Shown: positions 11,011-21,005 of the stretch, piece after piece | Layout: every line of letters starts with the position of its first letter | How positions within the stretch are numbered: position 1 is the stretch's first letter | From: an uncultured delta proteobacterium | GTDB lineage: Bacteria; Desulfobacterota; Binatia; UBA9968 | Direction of reading: 5' to 3' | DNA: 64,000 nt | Assembly (NCBI GenBank): GCA_963745035.1 | Contig: CAVUVW010000013.1 | Location: 64,001-128,000 of the forward strand | Notes under the pieces: model-generated | Told to the model about the DNA's origin: nothing | The model's input: the letters and a program-made list of their open reading frames with translations, nothing else | Database searches by the model: none | Program-made: the position numbers and the translations under genes

Positions 11011-12450
11011 TCATGACAAGTTTGGTTTCAGGTGATGCCAGCGCTGGCTTTGTTCGTAAGCGTGAGCCACTTGAAGCACTGTTGCCTCGTCGAATGGCGC
11101 AGCAGCGATCTGAATCGCTAGCGGCAAACCATTGGAAGCGAAACCGCAGCACACGCAAAGCGCCGGCAGACCGGTGACGTTGAAAGGAATCGTGCTCAGC
11201 CCCCAGTAGCTGCCGCGGATATCCTGAAAAGTAACCTTTTTCCCATCGATGATGGCGAAACCCCGCCGACATTCGTCGATGGTCGGCGCAGGGATCGACA
11301 CCGGCGTGACAATGACACTCACGGATTTGAACGCGGCGGCAAACTCGTCGCACAGGACGCGTCTGACTTTTTGTGCGGCGAGGTAGATGGTCGCCGGGAT
11401 CGTCAGTGCATGAATATGCCGGTAAAGAATGTCCGGACTGTAATCGCGCGAGCGCGTTCGCAGATATTCCTCGTGCGCCGAGGCATTCTCCACGCGGCTG
11501 GTCGCCATCTGCACCGCCGGGATCAGCGACGCGTGCGGAATCGCAACTCGCTCGGCTTTCATACCGAGCGCTTCGAGCGATTCGATCGCTTGCTTGAAAA
11601 GCCGCTCGGATTCGCCGGTCACCAGACCATCGAAATAATCGGCGACCAGACCAAATTTTTTACTCCACACACCGCTCTTCAGTTCGGTGGAATAATTTGC
11701 CACCGGCGCAGTGGAGCTGAGCGGATCCTTGTCGTCCCTGCCGGCGATCGCTTGCAGTACGATCGCCGAGTCTTCGACAGTCTTGGTAAAAACACCGAAA
11801 TGATTGGTCGAGTAACCTCCGGTTCCAGGAACGCCGCCGAAGACACTCAGCCGGCCGTAGGTCGGCTTCAAGCCGACGACACCGCACATCGCTGCCGGGT
11901 TCCGCACCGAGCCGGCATTGTCAGTTCCAATTGACGCCAGGCAAAGATCCGCCGCGACTGCAGCGGCAGAACCACCGCTCGAGCCGCCGGGGATTCTCGA
12001 TCGATCCCACGGATTGTATGTGGCGCCGAAATAGGGATTGATGGTCGTTCCTCCCGCCGCCCACTCGTGCATGTTGGTCTTTCCCAAGATGATCGCTCCG
12101 GCTTCCTTGAGTGATGCGACGACCGTTGCATCGAAGTCGGGAATCCAATCAGCGAGAATCTTTGAGCCAGCCGTGGTCTTCACCCCTCGCGTCGCTAGAT
12201 TGTCCTTGATCGAAACCGTGATGCCGTGAAGCGAACCACGGTATCCGCCCGCGGCGATTTCCTTTTCCGCCGCTGCGGCATCGGCTAGGGCGGCCTCAGC
12301 CGTGAGTGTCTGATAGGCATTAAGGACGGGGTTGAGCTTCTCGATGCGCGCCAAGTACCGCTCGGTTAATTCGACCGGCGACAGGCGACGCTCACGAATC
12401 TGCTCCGCCGCGCGGGCGATGGTTAGATCTAAAAGGTCATTTTCGGTCAT
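11011..12450 (-). CDS. Amidase-signature family amidase (AtzE/GatA-like)
   Basis: SIKDN (Lys), GGSSGGS and GTDNAGSVRNPA (Ser); catalytic triad present. Confidence 0.92.
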   Translation of the reverse strand: MTENDLLDLTIARAAEQIRERRLSPVELTERYLARIEKLNPVLNAYQTLTAEAALADAAAAEKEIAAGGYRGSLHGITVSIKDNLATRGVKTTAGSKILADWIPDFDATVVASLKEAGAIILGKTNMHEWAAGGTTINPYFGATYNPWDRSRIPGGSSGGSAAAVAADLCLASIGTDNAGSVRNPAAMCGVVGLKPTYGRLSVFGGVPGTGGYSTNHFGVFTKTVEDSAIVLQAIAGRDDKDPLSSTAPVANYSTELKSGVWSKKFGLVADYFDGLVTGESERLFKQAIESLEALGMKAERVAIPHASLIPAVQMATSRVENASAHEEYLRTRSRDYSPDILYRHIHALTIPATIYLAAQKVRRVLCDEFAAAFKSVSVIVTPVSIPAPTIDECRRGFAIIDGKKVTFQDIRGSYWGLSTIPFNVTGLPALCVCCGFASNGLPLAIQIAAAPFDEATVLQVAHAYEQSQRWHHLKPNLS

Positions 12451-12622
12451 GGCTTTCCTGCCGGTCGATCTTCATCAGCGGAGCACTTTCCGGGAAATCC
12501 AGTACTCGGAGTTGCCGAAGTAGCTCGTCGGCTCTTTCCGCCTGACGGACAATCGAGTCGACTTCCGCCTCGGTCAAATTGAAGCCGTACTCGGCATCCA
12601 GTTTTTTGATCTGCTCTCTCAT
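12437..12622 (-). CDS. Small AtzG/GatC-like amidase partner protein
   Basis: GGAGG RBS 8 nt upstream; overlaps the amidase start; helical sequence YGFNLTEAEVDSIVRQ...LDFPESAP. Confidence 0.55.
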   Translation of the reverse strand: MREQIKKLDAEYGFNLTEAEVDSIVRQAERADELLRQLRVLDFPESAPLMKIDRQESHDRK

Positions 12623-12646
12623 CCGCAAATCCTCCGGTAAGCCTAT

Positions 12647-14260
12647 CTAACGTTGCGTTCCACGCACACGATCAACCAAACTGCGGGCGTCTTGTGGCGC
12701 AGAATCCGCTCGCCATCCTACATGTCCGTCGGGCCGGACCAAGACCAGCTTGCGTTGATACAGGCTCGCCACAGGCACTTCGTCGAAATCATACACGGTG
12801 AGCGGCAACGCCACGTCCCGCGCCGCGGCCATGAGTCCAGTTACATCCGCGGCGGCATCGAAGCGCAAAAGGCAAAAACCATCGCCGAATAGATCTAACG
12901 TGGAGCGGCCGTCCTCGAGCCAAGCATGCGGCGCTCGGGAGCCGGGGCGCGCGGTGGGGGTATAAACCTGTACGTCATCCGGCGGCGGGGGTGTGCCGTC
13001 CGGCACAATGAGGGGCGAGGCATCGTAGCGGTAACCTAAAGCAACTCCCTCTACGTCGAATTGGCGCTGTACGTTGCTCTCGACCAATGTTTTCGCGAAC
13101 AGCTCACGCAAGGTCTTTCCTTTAGCCGAATCCTCGGAAATCGTCTCATCGCCCGGCAAGAGCGCCTTGGTCTTCCAAAACATATCGGTGGCTTCGTCAA
13201 GATTATAAAGGGCGACGGGTTTGCGCTCCGCTTCGTAACTGTCCAGCAAGGTCGGTCCGCCCCATCCTTGTAGCGCAGCCTGTAGCTTCCATCCGAGATC
13301 CACCGCATCGCCGATGCCGGTATTCATGCCGAACCCGCCAGTGGTCGACATCTGGTGCGCCGCGTCGCCAGCTAAAAACACCCGGCCGCTTCGATAACCC
13401 TGCGCGATCATTTTACGGCGATCCCATTTGTAGACCGCCAGAACTTCGAACTGCACGTCGCGCCCCGCAACTCTGCGGATGATCGACTCAATGGGTGGTT
13501 GAGAGTCGCCTTTCAGTTGCACCGTCATGCGCCACAATCCCTTGCCGTCCAAGGCGTGCATGTTGCCCCACATGCCTTCGGCGCCGACGATGCGGTGCAT
13601 CTGGGCCGGCCTGCCGTGTTGCATGGAAACGAACTCGGGGCAGCTGAAAAATATGTTGAGGTTGGAATTGAGACGCGGATCGCCGTCCAATTTGATGCCC
13701 GATATTTCTCGCACCGGGCTATCGGCGCCGTCGCAGCCGACCAAGTACGACGCGCGGACGGTTTGCCGCTGATTGGACTCGAGATCGACCAACTCCGCAG
13801 TTACGTCTTGCTCGCTTTGCGAGAGCGATTCCAAGCGGGTGCGTAGGCGCACCTCGACGTGGGGAAACGAACGCACGCGCTCGAGCAGTATCGGGTCGAA
13901 CCAGAGCTGCGAGCAGACACAGTTGCCTTCCGGGGTGTAATCGAGTCTGCCGCGCTCGCGATAGGTTGGGTAGCAAAAGCGCAATAGCTCGTAGCCGGCC
14001 ATGCTGGTGATGAACCGAATGTCCAGGGGATAGTCTTCGCCGATGCCCGCTTGCTTGACTTTCGTGGCGACGCCCCAGCGCCGGCAGAACTCCATCGTGC
14101 GGGTACTGACCGTATTCATCTTGGGCAACGTAACCTTGCCGTCCCGCTGTTCAACGATCAGACAGTGAATTCCGCGCAGACCCAGTTCCAGAGCTAGCGC
14201 CAATCCAACCGGACCGGCGCCGACGATCAAAACCGGTGTGTTATTGATTTTGTCTTCCAT
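12647..14260 (-). CDS. FAD-dependent monooxygenase (PheA/TfdB-like aromatic hydroxylase family)
   Basis: VGAGPVG, VGCDGA, LAGDAAH...GGFGMNTG, PGSRAPH and LVRPDGHV. Confidence 0.92.
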   Translation of the reverse strand: MEDKINNTPVLIVGAGPVGLALALELGLRGIHCLIVEQRDGKVTLPKMNTVSTRTMEFCRRWGVATKVKQAGIGEDYPLDIRFITSMAGYELLRFCYPTYRERGRLDYTPEGNCVCSQLWFDPILLERVRSFPHVEVRLRTRLESLSQSEQDVTAELVDLESNQRQTVRASYLVGCDGADSPVREISGIKLDGDPRLNSNLNIFFSCPEFVSMQHGRPAQMHRIVGAEGMWGNMHALDGKGLWRMTVQLKGDSQPPIESIIRRVAGRDVQFEVLAVYKWDRRKMIAQGYRSGRVFLAGDAAHQMSTTGGFGMNTGIGDAVDLGWKLQAALQGWGGPTLLDSYEAERKPVALYNLDEATDMFWKTKALLPGDETISEDSAKGKTLRELFAKTLVESNVQRQFDVEGVALGYRYDASPLIVPDGTPPPPDDVQVYTPTARPGSRAPHAWLEDGRSTLDLFGDGFCLLRFDAAADVTGLMAAARDVALPLTVYDFDEVPVASLYQRKLVLVRPDGHVGWRADSAPQDARSLVDRVRGTQR

Positions 14261-14506
14261 CGATTACCTGCAGTCGCATCCCGCGTTGGAAAACACAACG
14301 CACTTATCCATCCTGGCCCGCCAAGAAGCGCATCCCTCCCGTTACGCTCTTTGAGAACATCAGCCGCGTCGCCGGTACTCGGCCGCGCCGAAGGGAAAGT
14401 TGATGCCGTCGTCCGAAATGATTGCCTTGTTCTGCAGCGACAGAAAAGTGTCGTTTCGCGACTCGCGCAGTCTCGATCGCCGCCCCTTGCAGCACCAATG
14501 TTCGTT

Positions 14507-15532
14507 TCAATGAATGCTAAATATCTCGTTGTAAAGCTTTACGATCTCTTCGTAGTTCTTATAATCCCTAGGATGCGCGATCACCCATCTGTAACCGCGA
14601 AAAAGTCGCGGCGGGTCCGGCTCGACATCTTTGCGGACCGGAACTCCGCCAAACCCCTGCATCATCTGTTGACCTTCCTTGGAAAGCACAAAGTCGATGA
14701 AAAGCTTGGCCGCGTTCGGGTGCGGCGCATTCGCCGCCAGTACGGTTGGGTTTACCCGGACGACCGCCGGCTCCAAAGGTATCCAATCAATGGGCGCTCC
14801 GCGCATGATCATGCGCTGGCAAGTCTGGTTAAAAGCCACGACAAGCGGGAATTCACCCGCGGCGGCCAATGTGGCTCTGTGCGTGCTACCCCGCTGAACC
14901 CTTGGGTGTTGCGCAGCCAAGCTCTTGAAATACGAGATTGCCTTCGACCTTCCCCACACCGCTATCAATCCCTGAAGCATTTCGTAGGCTTCAACATCTA
15001 GCGAAATTTGCGAACCTTTCCATTTTGGCTGCAACAAATCTTCGTAAGTCTTGGGTAGATCCTCTTTTCTGATCAATTTTGTGTTGTAACCCAGAACAAA
15101 ACTAAGCGTATAGAAAGACGCCCAGTATCCATCCTTGTCCACGAGATCGTCGTAAATCATCGTTGCCTCCGGAGATCGGTAGGTCGCCAGCAGTTTTCTC
15201 TCCATCAGAGGCACAACCATCAATCCCGGACCCACTGCGACGTCCCAGGTTCGCCCACCCGTTCTCGCTTCCGATAAAATACGGTTCAATAGCGGGCCGC
15301 CGGCGGTCCTGTAGAGTGTAGGTTTTATGAACGGATACTTTTTGTTGAAGCGGTCCATCACCTCTTTGCTCATGTCGAGCGTCAAAGTCGTGTACCAGAT
15401 TACTTCAGCCTCTTTTTTAGCGGCTTCGAGAACCTTGGGATCCGGAGCGGTCTGTGCCATCGAGGTTGAAACCCAAACGAGGATGCCCAAAGCTAACAAG
15501 GACGCTGCAAGCAAACGGCATTGTTGGATCAT
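14507..15532 (-). CDS. Extracellular solute-binding protein (Fe3+/thiamine/2-AEP-type ABC family)
   Basis: Signal peptide, EAAKKE, YNTKL, PKTYEDLL.PKWKG and APHPNAAKLFIDF. Confidence 0.87.
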   Translation of the reverse strand: MIQQCRLLAASLLALGILVWVSTSMAQTAPDPKVLEAAKKEAEVIWYTTLTLDMSKEVMDRFNKKYPFIKPTLYRTAGGPLLNRILSEARTGGRTWDVAVGPGLMVVPLMERKLLATYRSPEATMIYDDLVDKDGYWASFYTLSFVLGYNTKLIRKEDLPKTYEDLLQPKWKGSQISLDVEAYEMLQGLIAVWGRSKAISYFKSLAAQHPRVQRGSTHRATLAAAGEFPLVVAFNQTCQRMIMRGAPIDWIPLEPAVVRVNPTVLAANAPHPNAAKLFIDFVLSKEGQQMMQGFGGVPVRKDVEPDPPRLFRGYRWVIAHPRDYKNYEEIVKLYNEIFSIH

Positions 15533-15551
15533 GGACAGATCCCTCTATTTG

Positions 15552-16754
15552 CTATGCACAAACAGACAGTTCGAGTTTTCGATCGCCCAATTCGCGATAG
15601 CCGTTTTCGGTAACGATGACGGTGGTGCCGGCCAACATGGTATCGTCGCTGGAATCGGCCAGCAAAGTCGGCGAGATGCTGTAAACCATGCCCGCTTTTA
15701 GCATGAAATTACTTCCTCTGAATCCCAAGCCGAGAGTCTTGCTCAGTTGTTCCTTCGAAGGATCCGGAATGTTGAAGGCCGGTCCCGGAAATTCCGGAAC
15801 GTCGATGCCGTATTGATGAGTCTGCGAATGGGGCGAGGATCGAAATCCGGTCTCCGTCACGGCTTTGCGGTATGTTTCCACCAGGTCCAAATGGGATACG
15901 CCCTCCCGGACGGCGCCGAGAACTTTCTCTCTGACATCGAGCACTGCTTTGAATAGATCCCGATGGAGCGGTTTCGGCTCGCCGACCGAGAACTGGTGAT
16001 CGCTGTGGCCGGCGTAGTGATGATATTCGGCGTGGGCTGTGAGCGTTCCGATATCTCCTTTTTGTATCGCTCGATCAAGACAAATTTGCATGAGCACAGG
16101 ATTCTGCTTCGGAACGGGACCCAAATGCAGGTTGAAACTTGAATGCATATCACCGCCAGCCGCCCACATCGCATTGATGCCTTCCTGCAGCAGCCGCCGG
16201 CCCAGCATTCCCGGCCTTGCGACTTCGCAAACTCTCTCCACCGCCCGGTCGAAAATCCGGTTCGCCATGTCGATCATGGCGATTTCCTCTTCGCTTTTGA
16301 TGGTTCTGGCATTGGTAAAAATGCCGGATACGTCGACAAACTTCGCCTCCGGGAAAGCTTTTTGAAGCTGCGCGTAGAACGCGTGATTGATGCTGGCATA
16401 TCCGGCCAACCCCAGCGTTCCTTTATCCAGCTTGAGCTCCTTCATCCTCGCAATGATCTGTGAGCCGTCCACACCGCCCCGGATGTCCCGAATCCACTCT
16501 TGCATGTCGAGCAATACATCGACGGAAATATCGGCCAGTTGGCGGAAATTGATCACCACGGTCGGAAGATCGTCCGTGGCGGGAAGCAAACCGAACATTT
16601 CACCGGGAATTCCGTTGGTGATGTAAAACAGATTAGTGCCGGTAACGACCGCGCAATCGACATTTGCATTTCTCAATTCCCGTCGAATCAAAGCATAGCG
16701 TCGATCACGCTCCTTCAACGATATCTGCGGCAGTCCTGCGCTGGCCTGGTTCAT
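15552..16754 (-). CDS. M24 (creatinase/aminopeptidase P fold) protein lacking most canonical metal ligands
   Basis: N-terminal creatinase domain, ARTIKSEEEI, GMVYSISP and VTENG. Confidence 0.8.
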   Translation of the reverse strand: MNQASAGLPQISLKERDRRYALIRRELRNANVDCAVVTGTNLFYITNGIPGEMFGLLPATDDLPTVVINFRQLADISVDVLLDMQEWIRDIRGGVDGSQIIARMKELKLDKGTLGLAGYASINHAFYAQLQKAFPEAKFVDVSGIFTNARTIKSEEEIAMIDMANRIFDRAVERVCEVARPGMLGRRLLQEGINAMWAAGGDMHSSFNLHLGPVPKQNPVLMQICLDRAIQKGDIGTLTAHAEYHHYAGHSDHQFSVGEPKPLHRDLFKAVLDVREKVLGAVREGVSHLDLVETYRKAVTETGFRSSPHSQTHQYGIDVPEFPGPAFNIPDPSKEQLSKTLGLGFRGSNFMLKAGMVYSISPTLLADSSDDTMLAGTTVIVTENGYRELGDRKLELSVCA

Positions 16755-16854
16755 CGTCTTCTCCTTATCGCTTTATCTTTCTCATTGCTTTCCTACTATG
16801 GCTTGAATATATCGTCAAATATATTAGTTTTATCGCTATCATAAATGGTTCTTT

Positions 16855-17831
16855 ATGGCTGTAGATATTAGCCTTCATCGGCTAAAAATTTTTTTGTCGG
16901 TCGCCGAGCACAAGAACTTCTCTAAAGCAGCGGGTGTGCTCGGCATGACGCAGCCGTCGATTTCCATCCAGATCAAAAAACTCGAGCACGACCTCGGCGT
17001 AAAGTTATTCGATAGGTTGCGGCGGAATACGCACCTGACCAATGAGGGTCAACTCGTATTGGCGTACGCCAAGCGAATGCTGGGCTGGATTTCCAGTCTC
17101 GAGAGCGATCTCGAAGACCTGCGTGGAATCAAGGTCGGAAATCTGGTGGTCGGAGCGAGCAGGGTTCCTAGCTCGACTACTTTCCCTCTCGCTTTTGCGC
17201 TGTTCAAGAAACAGTATCCGGAAACAAATATTCTGGTGAAGACAGCGCTCAGCCGTCAAGTGGAACAGTGGGTGTTGGATAATGAGGTCGACCTTGCGAT
17301 CGTCGGTGGAGATGTCACATCAAAATTTATCCTGCGAGAACATTATTACGACGAAGAATTGTTGGTAGTGCTCACGCCCGACCACCGTCTTGCGAAAAAG
17401 GACAAGCTGCTTCCCCAGGACATTCTCTCGGAACCTTTCCTGCTGCCTTACACCGGCGCGTCGCTAAATTTATCGACGACGCTCTTCACCGAAAGGGAGT
17501 CGTGATTACGAATTATGTTACGTTGGGATCCCGCGAAGCCATTAAGGGGGCACTGGCTGCGGGTTTTGGCATAACGATCATGCCGAGATCCGCCGTTGAG
17601 CTGGAATCAAACGTTGGGCTCCTGACAACCAAGAAGATTCACGGCATCGATCTTCAATATCCCGTTTACATTATCCATCATAAAGATAAGCATCTTTCCC
17701 GTCTGGCGCTCACTTTTTTGGAGTTTCTACGCAAATTGCAATCAGTCTCATCGGTTTCGAAATCACTCGAACCGAACGGCGACGCTAACCGGATGGAATC
17801 AAGTCGCTTCAGAAGGTTCCTCAGAGTGTAA
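16855..17831 (+). CDS. LysR-family transcriptional regulator; frameshift near 17460
   Basis: HTH FSKAAGVLGMTQPSISIQIKKLE; C-terminal domain continues in ORF 17502..17831; divergent from the 16754 gene across an AT-rich spacer. Confidence 0.9.
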
Positions 17832-17942
17832 ACCGTGCCGGCAAGTCGAAAAGGTCCTCCTGAGCACTTAAAGTCCTCCAATTGAGCCAACCAGATTGCT
17901 TTTCGCAGGAATGAGCATGATGCGGCATTAGTCTGAGATCGG

Positions 17943-18947
17943 TTATCGTTGGATTCGTTCGAAGAATCCCACGTTTTCAATTTCTTTCATGGGCGTTACA
18001 TCGATGAAATCGGCAACTTTCATCTCTTTCAGCTTGGGAGTGGTTGGAGAGAGATCCTCGATCGCTACCTGGATTGCGTCTTCTCGCGGATAAGGCTTCG
18101 CCGGTATGCTTTGAAGAAATTGCACTTTATAGGTGAAGTCCAAGAGCTTGGGATCTTCGATCCGCATGTACTTCTTGAAAGCCTGATAAACCAAATCCTT
18201 GTTTTTTCTTCCCAAGGAAATCGCTTCGCTATAAGCCATCAGGAAGTTTTTCAATCGGGCGCGATGGTCTCTCACAAAATCCCTGGTCGTGACGAATTCA
18301 CTGCCCGGGATCGGAATACCAAAGTCGCGCAAGTCGCCCAACACGGTCATTTTCTCCCCTTTCAATTCCATCAGCTGAAATACTTTATCAGGCTCGCCCA
18401 GGGTCGCATCGAGTTTCCCTTGCAACATGATCAGAATTCTTTTTTCGGATTCGCTGAGTCCGGTTGCGATTAAATACACGTCTTTACCTGGCACCAACCC
18501 CGCGTTGTTGAGGATACGCCGCAGCACGAAGTCAGGGCCTGCACCGATGCGGCTACCGCCCACAATTTTTCCGCGGAGATCCTGAAGAGTTTTGATTGAC
18601 GGGCGAGCAACCAACTGAAAATTTGATCCGCCATTCGTCGACACGATCGTAATTGGCGCGCCTTGCGCAACTGAGGCAACAACCTGCGGTCCGGCGGCAG
18701 TAATCAAATGCACACCGCCGGTCAATAGCGCGCTCAGGATGACATTGCCGCCAGCGATGCTAACAAGTTTTACATCCAATCCGTACTTTTCGAAGAGACC
18801 CGTATCACGTGCAATCCACAGGGGAGCCCGATTGGCAGTGACTGAGGCGTAGGCAGCGATGAAAGGTTCAAGTTTTCTTTCCTGGCTGATTGCAAACTGT
18901 GGGTTTAGAAAGGCGATCGCAACGATCCACAATGAAATTTGTTTCAT
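17943..18947 (-). CDS. ABC substrate-binding protein, SsuA/NMT1-like
   Basis: PLWIARDTGLFEKYGL, DLRGKIVG and KPYP. Confidence 0.87.
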   Translation of the reverse strand: MKQISLWIVAIAFLNPQFAISQERKLEPFIAAYASVTANRAPLWIARDTGLFEKYGLDVKLVSIAGGNVILSALLTGGVHLITAAGPQVVASVAQGAPITIVSTNGGSNFQLVARPSIKTLQDLRGKIVGGSRIGAGPDFVLRRILNNAGLVPGKDVYLIATGLSESEKRILIMLQGKLDATLGEPDKVFQLMELKGEKMTVLGDLRDFGIPIPGSEFVTTRDFVRDHRARLKNFLMAYSEAISLGRKNKDLVYQAFKKYMRIEDPKLLDFTYKVQFLQSIPAKPYPREDAIQVAIEDLSPTTPKLKEMKVADFIDVTPMKEIENVGFFERIQR

Positions 18948-18981
18948 CGGTTTTAACACCTATCGGACGGTGAATGTTTCG

Positions 18982-19377
18982 TCATTCTGGGCTTGGCTTG
19001 AATCTGGGCACGACGATTTCCTCCGTGATGGATTCGAAGGCAACCGTCAAAGGCATGCCGATCTCAATTTGATCGACCCGCACGCTGGTAAGATTACTGA
19101 GCATTCGGGGGCCTTCCGCAAGTTCGATCACGCCCACTAGGTAGGGCAATTCTCCTTTCCAATACGGATCCAGTGCACGATGCGCGATGACAAAGCTGAA
19201 CAATGTCCCCTTACCAGAAGCCTCGACCCACAGGTGATCGGGAGATAAACAGGAGTGACAAATCGGACTCGGTGGATAGCGGAAATGACCGCAGCGCGCG
19301 CAACGCTGGATCAAGAGCACTCCACGTGCGCAACCCGCCCAAAATGGCTCCCAATCAGGATCTGATAAGACCGGCAT
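18982..19377 (-). CDS. DUF35/ChsH2-type Zn-ribbon OB-fold protein
   Basis: PFW, CARC...CHSC and LAEGPRM; adjacent to a thiolase-family gene. Confidence 0.9.
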   Translation of the reverse strand: MPVLSDPDWEPFWAGCARGVLLIQRCARCGHFRYPPSPICHSCLSPDHLWVEASGKGTLFSFVIAHRALDPYWKGELPYLVGVIELAEGPRMLSNLTSVRVDQIEIGMPLTVAFESITEEIVVPRFKPSPE

Positions 19378-20548
19378 AGGCGCAATTCAGACAGCTAGAA
19401 TTACCAAACAGAAGCGTAACGTGAATGCCGAGTTCGCCGCACTGACCATTCGCAAGCGCTATTTTGGCATCAGACACCTGCCGGGAACCGGCTTGGTGAC
19501 GGAGTTGAGCCACCGCTTCGGTCAAATGACTGATCCCGCCGATATGAGCGTGCGAAAGAAGTCCGCCGTGCGTGTTTACCGGCAGTGCTCCGCCAAGCTG
19601 AATCCTCCCGTCCTCGACAAAAGATCCACCTTCGCCCTTTTTGCAAAATCCGTAGTCCTCCAAGGTGACGAGAACAACGGCGGTAAAGCAATCATAGAGC
19701 TCGGCAACATCCACGTCGGCGGGCGCGACTCCGGCCATTTCGAAGGCCTGCCGCGCTGCCCCGCGCGCGGCGGTTTCGGTCATGCTGCGGCTGGAAACGA
19801 TTTCGCTATGTTCGCACGAATAGCCGGAGCCCAGGATGAATATAGGCGGCTGCTTACAATCTCGCGCGCGATCGCCCCGTGTGACGACCAATGCCGCGGC
19901 TCCATCCGACACCAACGAACAATCAAGCAATCTGTAGGGGTCCGCAATCATTGGCGAGTTCTGGTGATCCTCGATCGTAATGCGTTTACGCATCTGGGCG
20001 GCGGGATTCATGCTCGCATGATGCCGACATGCGACGGCCACGGCCCCGAACTGCCGCGAAGAAGTGCCATACTCATGCATATGCCGTCTTGCCGCCAAAG
20101 CGTATTGGATCGGCGCTGCCCCCGCGCCAAACAGATTCCTCACGTCTTCGGTGTCGGCAGGTGACCGCTCGCGCGGTTTCAATCTTCCCCGATTGGACGA
20201 TCGGCTATCCCCGCCTACGCACAGGACCGTGGAGCAAAGGCCGGCCGCGATCGAGGCTGCCGCATTCACGATCATGCTCGCGGCCGCAGCGCCGCCGAGA
20301 GCGATATCGGTCACGTACGCTGGCGTGATTCCCAATCGTTCCGCCAAAAGAGCGGAATAGTTGGGCTGCGGATTGCTCCGCATCTGCGTGGCGATAATTC
20401 CGTCGATGTCTCGTTTGTCTAAGCCAGCGTCCTGAATTGCGGCAACCGAAGCTTCGAGCCTGAGGCTTAGAGCACTTCTGTCGGGAAGCCTGCCTACTGC
20501 AGTCTCGCCGATTCCAGCAATCGCAAATTGGCCGGTTGTACTGTTCAC
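19355..20548 (-). CDS. Thiolase-superfamily protein, SCP2/Ltp2-like
   Basis: AIAGIGET, DCSLVSDGA, ELYDCF and VNTHGGLLS. Confidence 0.9.
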   Translation of the reverse strand: MNSTTGQFAIAGIGETAVGRLPDRSALSLRLEASVAAIQDAGLDKRDIDGIIATQMRSNPQPNYSALLAERLGITPAYVTDIALGGAAAASMIVNAAASIAAGLCSTVLCVGGDSRSSNRGRLKPRERSPADTEDVRNLFGAGAAPIQYALAARRHMHEYGTSSRQFGAVAVACRHHASMNPAAQMRKRITIEDHQNSPMIADPYRLLDCSLVSDGAAALVVTRGDRARDCKQPPIFILGSGYSCEHSEIVSSRSMTETAARGAARQAFEMAGVAPADVDVAELYDCFTAVVLVTLEDYGFCKKGEGGSFVEDGRIQLGGALPVNTHGGLLSHAHIGGISHLTEAVAQLRHQAGSRQVSDAKIALANGQCGELGIHVTLLFGNSSCLNCAYAGLIRS

Positions 20549-20549
20549 G

Positions 20550-21005
20550 TTAGCTCTCGCCGCGTGTACTGGGCGGGTTCCTGGCAGGAACTATTAAGAC
20601 GCACGACCCGGTAAGAATCTGTCTACCGTCCTGGTTCTTCCCTTCGATTTCGCAGCGTATCCAAGGATCGGCCGAACTTGGCGACATTTCCGTAATTGTG
20701 CCGCCATAAGAAATGCTGTCACCCTCAAATGTTGAATATGTGTGCCTCAAATTGATCTTCTTCAGTTGTCCTTTTGGCCCAACCCAATCGGTCAACATCC
20801 GGAAGAGGAGCGCTTCGCGATAGGCTCCACTGGCGATGAATGTTCGCATGCCATTATGCTCGCGCACGTAATCGCGGTCGAAATGAAGCTGCGACCAATT
20901 CTCCTGCAGCCCCGCCCAACGCACTGTATCCGCCACCGTCAGCGGTCCGTATTGCCGCGACGGAAGAGCACTCCCACACGTGAGATCTTCAAAATAGATC
21001 TGCAT
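20550..21005 (-). CDS. MaoC/hot-dog fold dehydratase subunit
   Basis: YFED, ENWSQLHFD, IASG, LTDWVG and GKNQDG. Confidence 0.85.
   Translation of the reverse strand: MQIYFEDLTCGSALPSRQYGPLTVADTVRWAGLQENWSQLHFDRDYVREHNGMRTFIASGAYREALLFRMLTDWVGPKGQLKKINLRHTYSTFEGDSISYGGTITEMSPSSADPWIRCEIEGKNQDGRQILTGSCVLIVPARNPPSTRGES

Noticed and set aside
11011-12622. gatCA of the tRNA amidotransferase
   Set aside because: No gatB, catabolic context, and the small ORF is shorter than typical GatC
14304-14510. 68-aa ORF between the SBP and monooxygenase genes
   Set aside because: No recognisable motif or RBS; may be a gene remnant but cannot be supported
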